From: Haliotis cracherodii
Lineage: Eukaryota
NCBI RefSeq assembly: GCF_022045235.1
Contig: NW_027266264.1
Location: 21,824,001-21,888,000 of the forward strand
Reading direction: 5' to 3'
DNA: 64,000 nt
Positions within the stretch are counted from its first letter, which is position 1, and each line of letters begins with the position of its first letter. Made by a program: the position numbers and the translations under genes. The notes beneath the pieces are model-generated. The model ran no database searches. It saw nothing but the letters and a program-made list of their open reading frames with translations, and was not told the origin of the DNA. Positions 22,596 to 35,070 of the stretch are shown here, in pieces.

Positions 22596-23973
22596 AATAT
22601 GAAAGATGTGGATAGTTTATTAGATCAGGCTGTTAATGAGCGCCTAGTTGTGTCCAGCTTCACAGGAGACTCAGCTCTGTAGCAGCTGTATACCAGCAAC
22701 AAGAGATGCCTGGTAAGAGACTACTATGGCTTCACATTGTGTAGTGGTTCCCCTTGTGCATATCCCCATCAGCAGTATTCAGTGGGAGAAAACATCAACA
22801 GGTTGGTCCACATGGTTGGAATCTCAGTTATTTTGAGGAACTGGATCAAAGAGTTTGAAATTCCGAGTAGAGTCCCCGGGTTGATGAAACAAAACCCTTT
22901 CCATAATCACTAGAAATCCTGATTAGGAAACAAATACCAAGATTTCGAGTAGAGTCCCTGGGTTGATGAAACAACACCCGAAAGCGACGTTAAATTTCAT
23001 TTGGTCTTGCCTCTCCTCAATACAAATGAATGTTATGAAACAAATATGTTTGCGTCTCAGAATTTTGCCGTAACAAACACGTCCCTCAGATATCACGACA
23101 CACGCCCATCCAACACAAAAGTGGGAGGGTAAAGTCATGCAATGACGTAGCTATATAGACAATAGAGCATCCTCATAGTGGATTCATTAGACAGCGTACC
23201 ATGAAAGACTCACATAGTTCAAAGTCAGCTAAAAAATTACTTCAGGGTCAAAACGAATGAAAACATTCAAAATTATATCAGAGATCTATAATTATAACTG
23301 TCATTTGAAATATGAACAGTTATTGACGTTAATACTTGGCAGATGTTTCCTATATTAAAACATTGCAGGCGAATCCAGTGTAATACTCGTAATATACCTC
23401 ATGAGCCTTGCGATATTCTTTAAGTGGTATCACATTTTAATGTCACGACTGACACCCAAATTCCGAAAGAATAGCATGTCAAAATGATCTGGTGTGAGTA
23501 TGTTTGTCCAACCAGCGAGAGACATGTCTGCGTCAAAATGTCGCGTGTTCTGTTACCTGTATCACAGTGAATGATGAATCAGAGAGAACCAGGGATACTG
23601 ACTCCATCACATAAAACAAAACTGCGCCCCCACCCACACACAGCGATCCCACCCACGCACACACCGATCCCACCCCCGCATACACCGACCCCCACGCAAG
23701 TAGACGGTGGGGATCTGACACTGCGGATTACCTCAGTCAGCACTGGTACATGTTGCGCTATAATGTTTTGTATTACATTTGATGACTTAGCGGTGATGGA
23801 GACATCCCTTGCCTTTATTATTGACGAGTTAAGTTGTTGAAAGGAGACTGCGGACATTACCTGGAGAAGTCTTTGGCGTATGCATGACATGTATAACACT
23901 GATTCTGATCACTTGTTCATCAATGTTTCATAATGTCACAGTGACATTCTCCAAGCCTGATACAGATTTAAAC

Positions 23974-24070
23974 TCTAGATCTCGTCCCACAACACAATGA
24001 AAAGAACTGTAAATCTCTATATATCTACGGTATTTAGTTCTTTTCATTGTGTTGTTGGACGAGATCTAGA
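23974..24070. repeat. 35-bp-arm inverted repeat
   Basis: tctagatctcgtcccacaacacaatgaaaagaact / agttcttttcattgtgttgttggacgagatctaga. Confidence 0.85.
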
Positions 24071-25864
24071 CTTCTTTTAATCTGTTTAATCAATGCTCAA
24101 GAAGACAACTAGAAGCACCCGTATAATGCCCACACCAGGTCCGCTAGCACAAAATAATGTGTCACGATTTGTGTAAGTCAATGTCGAAGTATGGGAGTAT
24201 CGCGGCCCTAGAATCTCTTTGTGTAAGTGCGTCACGCCCGCGCAACACAGTAATGCCCCTTTGTCTGAATATGATACGCGTTTCTCTGATTGCCATTATC
24301 ACCCATGGCAACCACACATGAAGAGAACAGGGATGTTATATACCGTCGGGAATATCCAATCACGAACAACTGAATTCTGTTGATTAAGACCGGGAGTTTT
24401 GACGCATGAAGGTGATCACTATTTAGAGAGAAAAAAAGCGTAGAACTGACATTTGATCAAGTAACTAGCAAATGTATACACTTGAAAATCGGAGTTGACC
24501 AACACATTACAAACGTTATCAAAACGTTACTAGGTCTGATTTGTTGTGCGATAATCGTCTATATGATGCATGTAATACCGCGTATCAAATACATCACGCT
24601 CGAATACCATTTCGTTTCATTTTAAGTGTGTCCTCTCTTTCGTTCGGCAGGTTATGTTGACTCTTACAACCAGCATTAGCTCTTATTTTAATCCGTAATC
24701 CCTACGGGACTGAGATGGACCTGTATTGATCAGGTGTCATCTATTTTATTAGTATTATTCCCATTAAGATGGCATTCATTACAATATATGGAGAGAACTC
24801 AGTTTACATTTATGTATTTAATGTTATAAAGCGGGGTCTACATAGGCATGTACTATCACAGGTAAGGTTGAGCCTTGTGGTGGAAGCGTTCGCTCATTGC
24901 GCCTAAGGCACGGGTTCGATTCTCCATTTGGTACAACGCGTAAAGTCCATTTCTGCTTTCTCTGCACTGATAGACCCATACAATCACTGTCACAGTACGT
25001 GGACACACACGCTTACTCTCTCACCGTCCCACCCACTCACTTCCACACTACGAAACATTCTACGGGGCACTGTCGTGATGAATTGTCAGAGAATTAACGT
25101 TGCGTTGACGATGGAGCTTGTGGCAACAAAACACCGCAAATGGTGTTGCACAATAGCTTAACAAACAGAAGCCTACACGGTCCGGGCTATCTGCACATGA
25201 GTGACACGCAAAAAATAGATCAAAGATTGGATATTGTGCACAAAGCTTCAAGATCGCCTAGGGTCAAGTTAGTGTGACTTGCTAAAAATTGGCCAAACTT
25301 ACGTTTCTTCAATAGTTTGCTACAACCGAAATTTTATTTTAAAGAATATCAGCAGCCAAAGAGTGGAATTTTACATTGCGAAATATTTGGTACCTGAGAC
25401 ATGACCATTAAGAGGCTGATTATGTGCAAGATGCTATTTCCGCTATGTTCCTGTAATAGCTGTAACAGTGACGGCCGGTGTTGACAGCGTGAACAGTTCT
25501 TCATTGCAAGGGTGATCTATATCATCCGGATACCGCCAGACAACCAAGTTGTATTTAGGATCAGTTTGACAATATGATTGATGATGAGTTTATTATCGTC
25601 TCACGTATTCGTTCTTGACCAATATTACGTAATATCCGATGATTTTACAGTTGACAGTTATGTCATTTAGTTAGCAATACTGAGCCAATTCCCCATAAAG
25701 ATACGAACTATTCAACAAAAGAAAACGTTTATGTGTGCATAAGAACGTTAACGCCAAAGGATGAAGTTCTCGATTCTTAATTACAGAAATCGACTCTCAA
25801 ACAAAATAGAATGTTTTCTGATCCCTAAAGCGTTTCTAGCAAACTCAATTCACAAGAACATTAG

Positions 25865-26210
25865 ACCGCCTCCGTGGTCTAGTGGTAGAGCGTCCGCCCG
25901 GGGAGCGGAAGGTCCGGGGTTCGATCCCCGGCCGCGTCATACAAAAAGACGTTTACTTGTTCTTACCCTGTCTGGCGCTCGGTATTAAGGGGCTAAAACA
26001 AGGACTGGACGGCTCGGAGTCAGTATGCTGTGTCTGACTGGGGTATTCATGTTAAACTGCGGTAGGTATCTCAGTGATCTAGCACTATAAATCGGCATCA
26101 GTCCGGACTAGTTCAAGCAGCCACACAAACAGATACATGTACATGCACGTCGCTATATAAGTGCAATAATCTTGGACGCGACGTTAAAGGCAATTTCACC
26201 TCACCTCACG
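25865..26210 (+). mobile_element. SINE family B, full-length tRNA-derived copy with TSD
   Basis: A-box TGGTCTAGTGG, B-box GGTTCGATCCC; 13-bp TSD acaagaacattag at 25852-25864 and 26211-26223; (cacct)n tail. Partial copies at ~1080-1135(-), 22203-22315, 27330-27690, 42939-43025, 63370-63560. Confidence 0.88.
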
Positions 26211-27483
26211 ACAAGAACATTAGCAACAGCCTTCTCTCAATATATTTCAGTAAGGAATGTCAGCGTTTATCTTAACGTACAAAAGAAGGGGTCCAGGTAA
26301 CACCTATGAATTACTTTTAAGGGTCCTTGCAGGCTATATGAGGGTCCTATATAGTAACCAAATGGAGTTGTATACTTTACGTTTTAATAATTACTTTAGA
26401 GTCTGGGATGCGTCAAAGATGATGTGGACAGTGATCATGATTGATGGACAAAATATCAGAAACCCATAACTACTCTTGTTGCTCTGTAGGTACAATGAAT
26501 ATTACCGTGCGTCACTCGGGACGCAGTACATATTCTCTATTCTCTATACCTGTGCGTACTTGCACATTTCGGAGTCGCTGTGACTGACGCCTTGTGTATG
26601 TTCAAGGCACATAGGATTGTCAGGAACGACTCTGGGGAGGGTATTTCCATGTTTTAATGAGTGGGTGAGTGATGGAATGGCGTTTAACGTCGCTCCGAGC
26701 AGTAAACAAGCCATGTCGAGGAAGTCGGCACCAATGATGTGCTTTATAAGTGCGGGCTATCGAACCAAGACTAAGTTCAGAGCCTTGGTAACCGGTAGAA
26801 TCTGCCCAAATGTGTAAATACCAGTCTCATCAGGACGATCTACAGTGGAACTGCCACTTCAGGATTTGTGTGTCTGGGACCAACATTTGAAGGATCCGTT
26901 CCGCAGGCATTTCAGAGAAATGTGACCTTAGGCCAAGACGACACTACCGTCGTTACGTTTGTGGTTCCAACATGACCGAATGGAGCCTAAAGCACGTTGA
27001 AGGATTGTTGTCTTCAGCAGCTTCTTACGATGCTCCCTGTAGATCGGTGTGCTGAGTATAGAGGTGTAGGTGTGTTATGTCAAGACCGGGGTCAAGAATG
27101 GTGATCTTCTTGGAGGGGGTGGTGCCATGGCTTAGGGGAGAATCATATATGATAGGCACGGACGTACAGTTTGATATGAGTTGTCTGTTAACTCAACTTC
27201 TAGTTTCACTGACGAAGTATAAATGCTTGACAACGGTATAAGGATATATTCCCAAACGTCGCCCTTACAGTTGATAAAGAAGTTGATAAAGTTATGCCTA
27301 TCAAATTTAGGTTTGCTTTCAAACAGTTTAAGATGACCATCCTGGCACAGAGACACCATCCCTCTCAGCTTCATACAGGACCGGGGCGTCCGCCCGGTGA
27401 GTGGAAGCTTCGGAGTCAATATACTGTGTCTGATTGGGTTATTCATTTTAAAACTGTGGCATGTCCGTGGGCTAGTCCGTACA

Positions 27484-27635
27484 NNNNNNNNNNNNNNNNN
27501 NNNNNNNNNNNNNNNNNNNNNNNNNNNNNNNNNNNNNNNNNNNNNNNNNNNNNNNNNNNNNNNNNNNNNNNNNNNNNNNNNNNNNNNNNNNNNNNNNNNN
27601 NNNNNNNNNNNNNNNNNNNNNNNNNNNNNNNNNNN
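27484..27635. other. Assembly gap (152 N) inside a SINE family B copy
   Basis: N run. Confidence 1.
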
Positions 27636-30600
27636 GATATATAAGTGCAATAAGTTTGGACGCGACGTTAATCCCCATTTCACCTCATACAGATACAGGA
27701 CCACACGTCCAGTGAACACGGACAGACGGTCATGGAGTCCGGCTATTACAGGGGTACTTGATGGTATGCGATGACGTTAATATGATGCACCATTTGTGAA
27801 AGGTTACGCATATCTCTAAATAAAAGAGACAAACTTATTTCCACAATCATAAAAAGAAATTGCGACTATTTCATAGACATGTGTTAACGAATCACTAGAT
27901 GTTCGTGAGACGGTGAGTATATCCTTCGCAACGGTGGCACCCGTCACAACACATGCAAAGGCAAGTCAATTATCCGCTTAACATATTGCATCTGACACCA
28001 TTCTTGTCCTCAACATATAACCCCTAAAGCTTTTCATGACGCTTGACATCTTCGTAGATCATGCTCGATTCAAAAATTGTGAAGGGAAAGTTGAGTAGTG
28101 GATTGCTGAAGTCATCCCTCTTGTCCAACAGTCACTTCCGGTGGATCATTAGTGGAAGGGAATGCGATCATCGATTAAAGCTTATGTTAAACGTCTTGGT
28201 CATATTCTCTTGTTTCTATTTTACAAATCTGTGTAGACAAGTAGACAATATAATAATGTAGGCCCACGCGCGCACCATTATAAAATTGCCCACAGGATAA
28301 TAGAGTTTAAGCGGTTGTTTAAACTGGTATCAGAACACTCTTGAAAGGTCGTCTAAATATAGAGTACACAATATCAAAACAAACTCACTGTCTTCATTGG
28401 ATCAATACCAAAGCTGCATACTTGCCAATAATTGTTGAATTCAGCTACATGTAAAACTATAAACTCTTGGCATTTCACAGTGAACAAGAGAATAGGCGAT
28501 ACGAACATCTTCTCTCCAGATGACGACAAGGGATGATAATACTTTCTTATTCCGTTGTTGTACAAGCAAAACCATCTACCAAGAGTGTCTCACTTTCTTA
28601 TGACAAATTAGTTATTGGCAGTGTTTTTCTGTGACTGGATCAAACATACATGTGTCACGGGCCAGTGAGGCCGGTGCATCGAACACCGCTTATGTTGACC
28701 AGCATTTGAGACTATTGTTCATCGCCACAGCAATATTTCAGGTTTATAATGAATAAATAGGCATACATGCAGATAAAAAAAAGGATGCAGATAAAACAAT
28801 ATCTGTTCAGGGCTCATTCTCCCTAACCTTATATAACGAGTGTCTCCGACATAACGAATGGATATTTGTACCAGAAAATATGCAAACCGGTTGTTGATAT
28901 ATCGTAAAAAATGCTGGTGAGATTCCCTACATACATTCCCCTTGTGATCACATAATCACATACGTTTTCAGTCTTCAAATGAGCCTCGTGCATTTGTACT
29001 GATTGTGTGAATGGCTTTTTAGAGCAACTGGGGCAATTTGATCTTGAGCGAAGTACGGATGAACTACAAATTTAATTATAGGATAAACATTCTAAAAGTA
29101 TGAAAGACGACGTGACGTATATTCGACGTCAAAAATTAAATCCGTGATGTCAGTCACAAACATGTGTATTGATTGAAGTGCACAAGATGCGTTATCCGTT
29201 AAGAGTGTTATGGACCTCGCTTGGCCTACAATGTCGCAATGAGATGTACGAAATTGTGTCCCTTAGGCACAGCAGGATCCCATGTTCGTGGGTTCGGATC
29301 GGAGGTTCGTCCTGATGATGTTCCTTCGTTTGTCAGCACCACATCATGCGTGGGTCTCACCAAAATGGCAAGCGTCTAAGACCTGCATTGCTTTATGCAT
29401 TCCTCCTGCATCAATCAGAAACATCATAATGCCTATCAAGAACGTACTCTAAAGCAGCCAAATTGAATAATAACGTAACTGCATCTGCACTGCAACGTTA
29501 TACTGGGGAGAGCAACAACAGGCTTGATCACAGGGAAAATACAAGTCAGGCAGCATAATTTGTCTCGTTTCCTTTAAAATTTAATGCTAGATGTCGTTTT
29601 CTTACAATATTAATTTCCTTAATACGGCAATATTCTGCGTGACGTAATGAGAGCAACATTGATTAACCTATTATACATACATTAGTCATATTAGACAAGA
29701 TGTTAATGCAAAATGCTGTTTAGTATTGGTAATATGAAGTACCCCAAAGGCAATCTTTGGTTATGATTAATTCCAGACAATACATAAAGGTATTTGGTAG
29801 GCAGTTATTCATATCGCCTTACTTTACGTAAAGTCTGTAATCATTGAGGTAATTCGATAAAGAAAAGGGGTTGAAATTTATACATTTTATTTTATCAATG
29901 AATGCACACGTAAACTGAATTCTGTAGATTAAGACCGGGAGTTTTGATGCATGACGGTGATCACTATCTAGAGAGAAACAAAGCGTAGAGGTAACCTTGT
30001 TACCATACATGTGCATGGACAGTTGAATGTGAATATTCAATGCTGAATGGATTACACGTTTAGAATGTGACGTAAGTACATACTGTTTGAGGCACTAAAT
30101 GTTCTTTGCAATGACTGGAAATATACCACGCTCTGCGTGAATGTGGAATGTGTGTGTTTCGTCTTTGCACATTAACGGGACACAGTATCCGGCTTCACTA
30201 GTCCTCTAGCACCGACCGGCCTGTGGCCATTGGCGCCGCTCTTGCATAATTATGCAGAGTCCCCACTCCCTTGTTGTACCATGATCCGCTGCTTTTTGGT
30301 TCAAATTTGCCTGATTATAAATTCTTTATCAGCAACATATTCGTGGTGCACGTGGGGCACGTGGTCCACGCCTGTCACTTGTGTTACTTTTTCATACCCT
30401 GTGTTGACACTCCGAACTCCGCGAAATGGAACTATTGCTCAAAGCAGCATTAAACAAACGAACGGTATCAAACACATTACTGTAGCATGTTTTCAGTTTT
30501 AAATAGATGAAGACACGATCCTATCTTTGAATATTGTGAGATAGAGAAACCACTCGAACTTCTATATCATTGAACATAGTATCTTCAATTCTTCACCAAG

Positions 30601-31299
30601 AATGACAATGCACAGATACACGTAGTAAGGAGAAACCATATATTATTACATATACATAATCTATTAGTCTGCATTGATAGATTCTTGTAATTTGAGATAA
30701 TATAGATCATTGTTACAGTCTTGTGATAATGTTGTTGTTATAAATGATGCTAACTATACATACTCCAGATACCAATCGAATGTCTCAACTGCCAAAGAGA
30801 GCAAGAATATCTGCAGTATTGTGCATCATCCTTTACTTGTCCTTTCAGTAAGTAATTGGTTACAAAAATATATGTATCGTTAGTATAGTCCAAGGCAAGT
30901 GTGGTCACAAGAGTTCAGGGACAGAACTATATATCTTGGCAAGACAAATATATTATTCATAACAATTTCATAACAGAAAACAAGGCATACTCTGTGATAG
31001 GGAGCACATATTTCTTGCTTTAAAGCGCCCGAACAGTGGCATGCAGTTGAAAGCATGTCACTATATGGTTCTAATACAGCTCTATCAATCACTATATGCT
31101 ATATATATATGCATTGTAAATTAGGTTTGTTAAAATGATAACTTTGAAAACAATGGAGTGTACTCTTGGACTTTTGAGTTAATACTTGATTGTGAACAGT
31201 TCATCCCAATAAATAAAATATTTAATACATATTTGACTTCTATCTTTACATTATTCCTTAAATTATGAATGTACAAATCTGCAGGGTGTCTTATCAATG

Positions 31300-31800
31300 A
31301 ACGTACGACGATTTAATGATAAGTTCTGAGCCTTGCAAGGAAGCCTTGACCAAAACACATTAAAATCATCGATTTCCAGACAATCCCCTTTCACATTGAT
31401 ACACTTTAGCCAGCGATGTTGGAGGGATTGTAGCCATGACAAAGACCGATGTATGCAAGCACTGGCGCATTGTGCTGATGGAAGAGCATTCCTTTTTACA
31501 GCTTCTAACTTCTCAGGTCTCCATTCCATTCCCTAATTGATTCTAAAGTGCAGTATGATATTTTCCGTTTATTGTCTCGTCTTTGGAAATATAGTCCACC
31601 CTGAAGTCCACCCTCCTGCGAATGCTGGTGGTGATGTCAAATGCATCCATTGGTTTTGGTTGTTTATTGGACAGGGTTCCATCAATAGTCAAGAACCTTT
31701 CTGGATCAACTTCAAAGATTTCACTATTACGCAATTCTTTTATGTGAGGCGCAGAACTTATCAATCAATGTTGGTAATTCGCTTCCACTGTTTGCAATGT
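31300..31800 (-). pseudogene. Decayed, internally deleted mariner (Tc1/mariner DD34D-type) transposase
   Basis: Ordered fragments across frameshifts: FEVDPERFLTIDGT, QWMHLTSPP, VDYISKDETINGKYHTAL*NQL, KGMLFHQHNAP, LQSLQHRWLKCINVKGDCLE; these match mariner motifs TxDETW, DYLxxGxTINGxYY, LFHQDNAPAH and RWxKCIxxxGDYxE. Confidence 0.8.
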
Positions 31801-33294
31801 GGAAGTTGATTAATTGATAGGCTCTCGGTATCTGATAAAAGCCTTGATGTTAGAGTGCTTTCTGCTGGGCATAACCACAGAGTATCATTATTCTGGAGAT
31901 GATGCTTGATATTGACTGGCAGATCCTTTTTCATATCAGCAAGAAACAGGAGTAATTGTCATTCATCGCAATTGCCATTAAAGAGAGGTAATAAAGTTAA
32001 CGCATTGCAGTAACAAATATGTCAAATATAAAGGCATTAAAATATCACTGTAAGCAGCCACGTGGCAGCTATGGAAGTATACAAAGGTGAAATTGAATTG
32101 ACACTGAACTACTACAAATATTCTAACAAATGCTTTGTGTGTTTGAGAATCCACATGGCATTAATTCCATGTGTCTCAGAGATTCTGTGAATGTTAGGAA
32201 AATCCTTAGTTCATTGTATTAAGGACTTAATTAAGGACTGGTTAATCTTTAAAACAGGTATTTGGTGGTATATTTGCTGGACCCAGCAATATGTCTCTTG
32301 AATTTTGTTACGAAACAACGTCATAATTGCTAAATGGAGCAATGTGATACTCTCTGAACTGAACCTCCCGAGATTGACACCTACCACACCCCTGATTGTC
32401 ACTGTGATATTGAAGAAACTAAGTGGTCTGGCTACATACTGCCACCGACTTCATCCCTGATTGTCCATGTGACATGGAACGAACCAAATTGTCGTTGGTG
32501 ACCACTCCGACTGATGGTCACTAAAATAATACCCGAACTAAATGCGCGACTGTGTAAATTTATAATTCTGGCGTAGAAAATACATACACTATTGCTTACT
32601 CTCTTATGGTAACAAATTCATAGCAATCGTACAACCTTGGGGCCTGTTTGTATGAAGGACACTATTTAGTGCCAACATGGACGAGTTGACTGCCTGACAA
32701 AAATGGGTTGACGTAGAAGGATGCGTTTTTGTGCCCTGTTATTACGATGGCAGTGAATGTGTAAGTGGGCGAGAAGTGTGATTTCCCGACGGAGCCCATT
32801 ATACGTTCTTTATCATCCAGCTAGTATATCATCTCTGCGTGCACAGTTGCTGCCCACGTGGAATTGTTTTCTCCCTTCAACAAATGATAATGTTTTACGA
32901 GACGTTTGTATATTTCTGTCCCTTGATACAAGTATACCAGCTTATTTAAACCCTTGTGTTTACAGAAGAGGATCAGTGGAGATGGGCCATCAGTGCAGAT
33001 GTCCAAATTTTCTTTGTTTGATTTAATAACTTTGGTACTAGTAAATAAGTGATTGTTATTTTACGCCGCATTATACCTCACCATATCCGTCATTGCCACA
33101 TTGATACTCTCTAAACCTCGACGTGTCCTTGCTACAGGTTATATTATACGGGTCATCACTACGGCCTTTGAATAGTCGTGGTGAACCAGCCAAACCTTTT
33201 GCCGATCATGTGCCTTGATCCATAATCAAGTAGCGGCATAATGTAGCGGGGACTTTTCTGACTCTGAACATGTTTATATTGTAAAATACAAACT

Positions 33295-34300
33295 TATATG
33301 CATAAAATGCGGGGGGATATAGCCATGGGCATGTCCGTCTGTCCGTCTGTCTGTCCGTCTGAATCGTTTCCGGAGCAGAACTGGAAGACCGTTAAATATG
33401 TCTTCATTAAACTTTGCATTTATATCACTTAAGTGGTTAAGTTGTGCCTTTTGTTATTTTGGAATTTTTCCATTTTTTTTATTTCCAATTTTCATGAAAG
33501 CATGCTGAACATAGGCTCACTATGTTAGTTTCCGAAGCAGAACTCACAAACTGTTGAATATTTCTCCATGTTACTTTTCATAGGTTTAAACTAGATAGTG
33601 AACTTGTGCCTTTTGCTATTTAGGAATTTTAGAATTTTTTTATTTTTACGTTTCTATGGCAACAAGTTGGACTTAGGTTCTATAAGGGTGGTGTTCGTTT
33701 CCGGAGCGTAACTCAAAAACCCATTCAAAACTGTCTAACAAAACTTTGTGTGTCTATCAGATTCATGCTGAACTGGTGCTTTTTGCTATTTAGGAATTTT
33801 AGAATTTTTTATTTTTACGTTTCCATTGCAACAATTTGGAATTAGGTTCTATAGGGTAGAGTTTGTTTCCGGAGCATAACTCAAAACCCATTCAAGACTT
33901 TCTATCAAAACTTTGCATGTCTATCAGATTCATGCTGAACTGGTGCCTTTTGCTATTTAGGAATTTTATAAAAAAAAAAAAAAATACGTTTCCATGGCAT
34001 CAAGTTGGATTTAAGTTTTAATATAGGGTGGGTTCACTTATGGAGTATAACAAATAAACTATTAAATATTTGCTTGCCAAACATTGTATGTCGATATATA
34101 AAGCACATACTGAACTGGTGCCATTTGATGTTAAGGAATTTTAGAAATGTTTATGTTACAATTTCCATTGCAGCTATTTTTACATGGGCTAAGAGAAATG
34201 TTGGGTCAGTTACCTAGTCTTGGACCATAACGTGTTAAACTGGGCGGGGGATATAGATGACTTTGTTGACTATGCGATTGTTAATCTATTGTTTCTTGTA
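33295..34300 (+). mobile_element. Helentron-associated non-autonomous element (HINE/DINE-1/pearl-like)
   Basis: gcggggggatat motif near both ends (33309, 34244), a (gtcc/gtct)n microsatellite after the 5' motif, and ~5 tandem ~165-170 bp core repeats starting gtttccggagc..aact. Confidence 0.7.
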
Positions 34301-34528
34301 ATTTGTCATTTGTTTGCATAAAAAACCCACAGAAACACACTTCTTTTACTTTCCATTTTATATGGATGCGACCATGGTAGATCTTTTGTGGGCTTCTTCA
34401 AGAACATTCAACTCTAGACTGATTACATACAGAATTGCACATTTACCTGTGGTTACTTTACAGACAGCTGCCGGGGGGATATGTCATCTTTCTGATGACT
34501 CTTGTTTTAAAAATACATACACCATGTA

Positions 34529-34688
34529 GGGACGGTGAGGTAGCCGAGTGGTTAAAGGGTTCGTTCACCACGCCGAAGACCCGGGTTCGATTCCCCACAT
34601 GGGTACAATGTGTGAAGCCCATTACTGGTGTCCCCTACTGTGATATTACTGAAATATTGCTAAAAGCGGCCTTAAAACCGTACTCACA
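34529..34688 (+). mobile_element. SINE family A, full copy
   Basis: tRNA-like head (TAGCCGAGTGG...GGTTCGATTCCC); near-perfect TSD cata(c/t)accatgta on both sides. Confidence 0.85.
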
Positions 34689-34927
34689 CAGCATATACCA
34701 TGTATATAGTATGTCTACATACGCTTATCAAATATTGTGTAATAAGACTTCTTTGCAATAGCACTGGATGCGTTCAGTACTTTGAAACAAAAACGTATGT
34801 TTTTAATATATGTTCATACATTTACCAAATATTGTTTTGTAAAGCTCTTCAATAGCATGACATGGGGGCTGAACATCCTGCGCTCTCATCACACCCCCCT
34901 CGACCATTGTTGCCCTGTGTCATGCAA

Positions 34928-35070
34928 CAATGTGTGAAGCCCATTTCCGGTGTTCCCCGCCGTGATATTACTGGATATTGCTAAAGAGGCGTAAAACCTC
35001 ACTCACTCACTCACTCACTCACTCACTCACTCACTCACTCACTCACTCACTCACTCACTCACTCACTCAC
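34928..35070 (+). mobile_element. SINE family A 3' half with expanded (ACTC)n tail
   Basis: caatgtgtgaagcccatttc...atattgctaaa; ~18 ACTC units at 34998-35070. Confidence 0.85.

Noticed and set aside
22955-22990. Second hammerhead-like motif (TTGATGA...CGAAAG)
   Set aside because: No pairing stem II and no 3-8 covariation.
25865-25940. tRNA gene (also 34529-34600 and 4130-4230)
   Set aside because: No proper acceptor stem; each continues into a repeated SINE body, with a tail and TSD in the first two cases.
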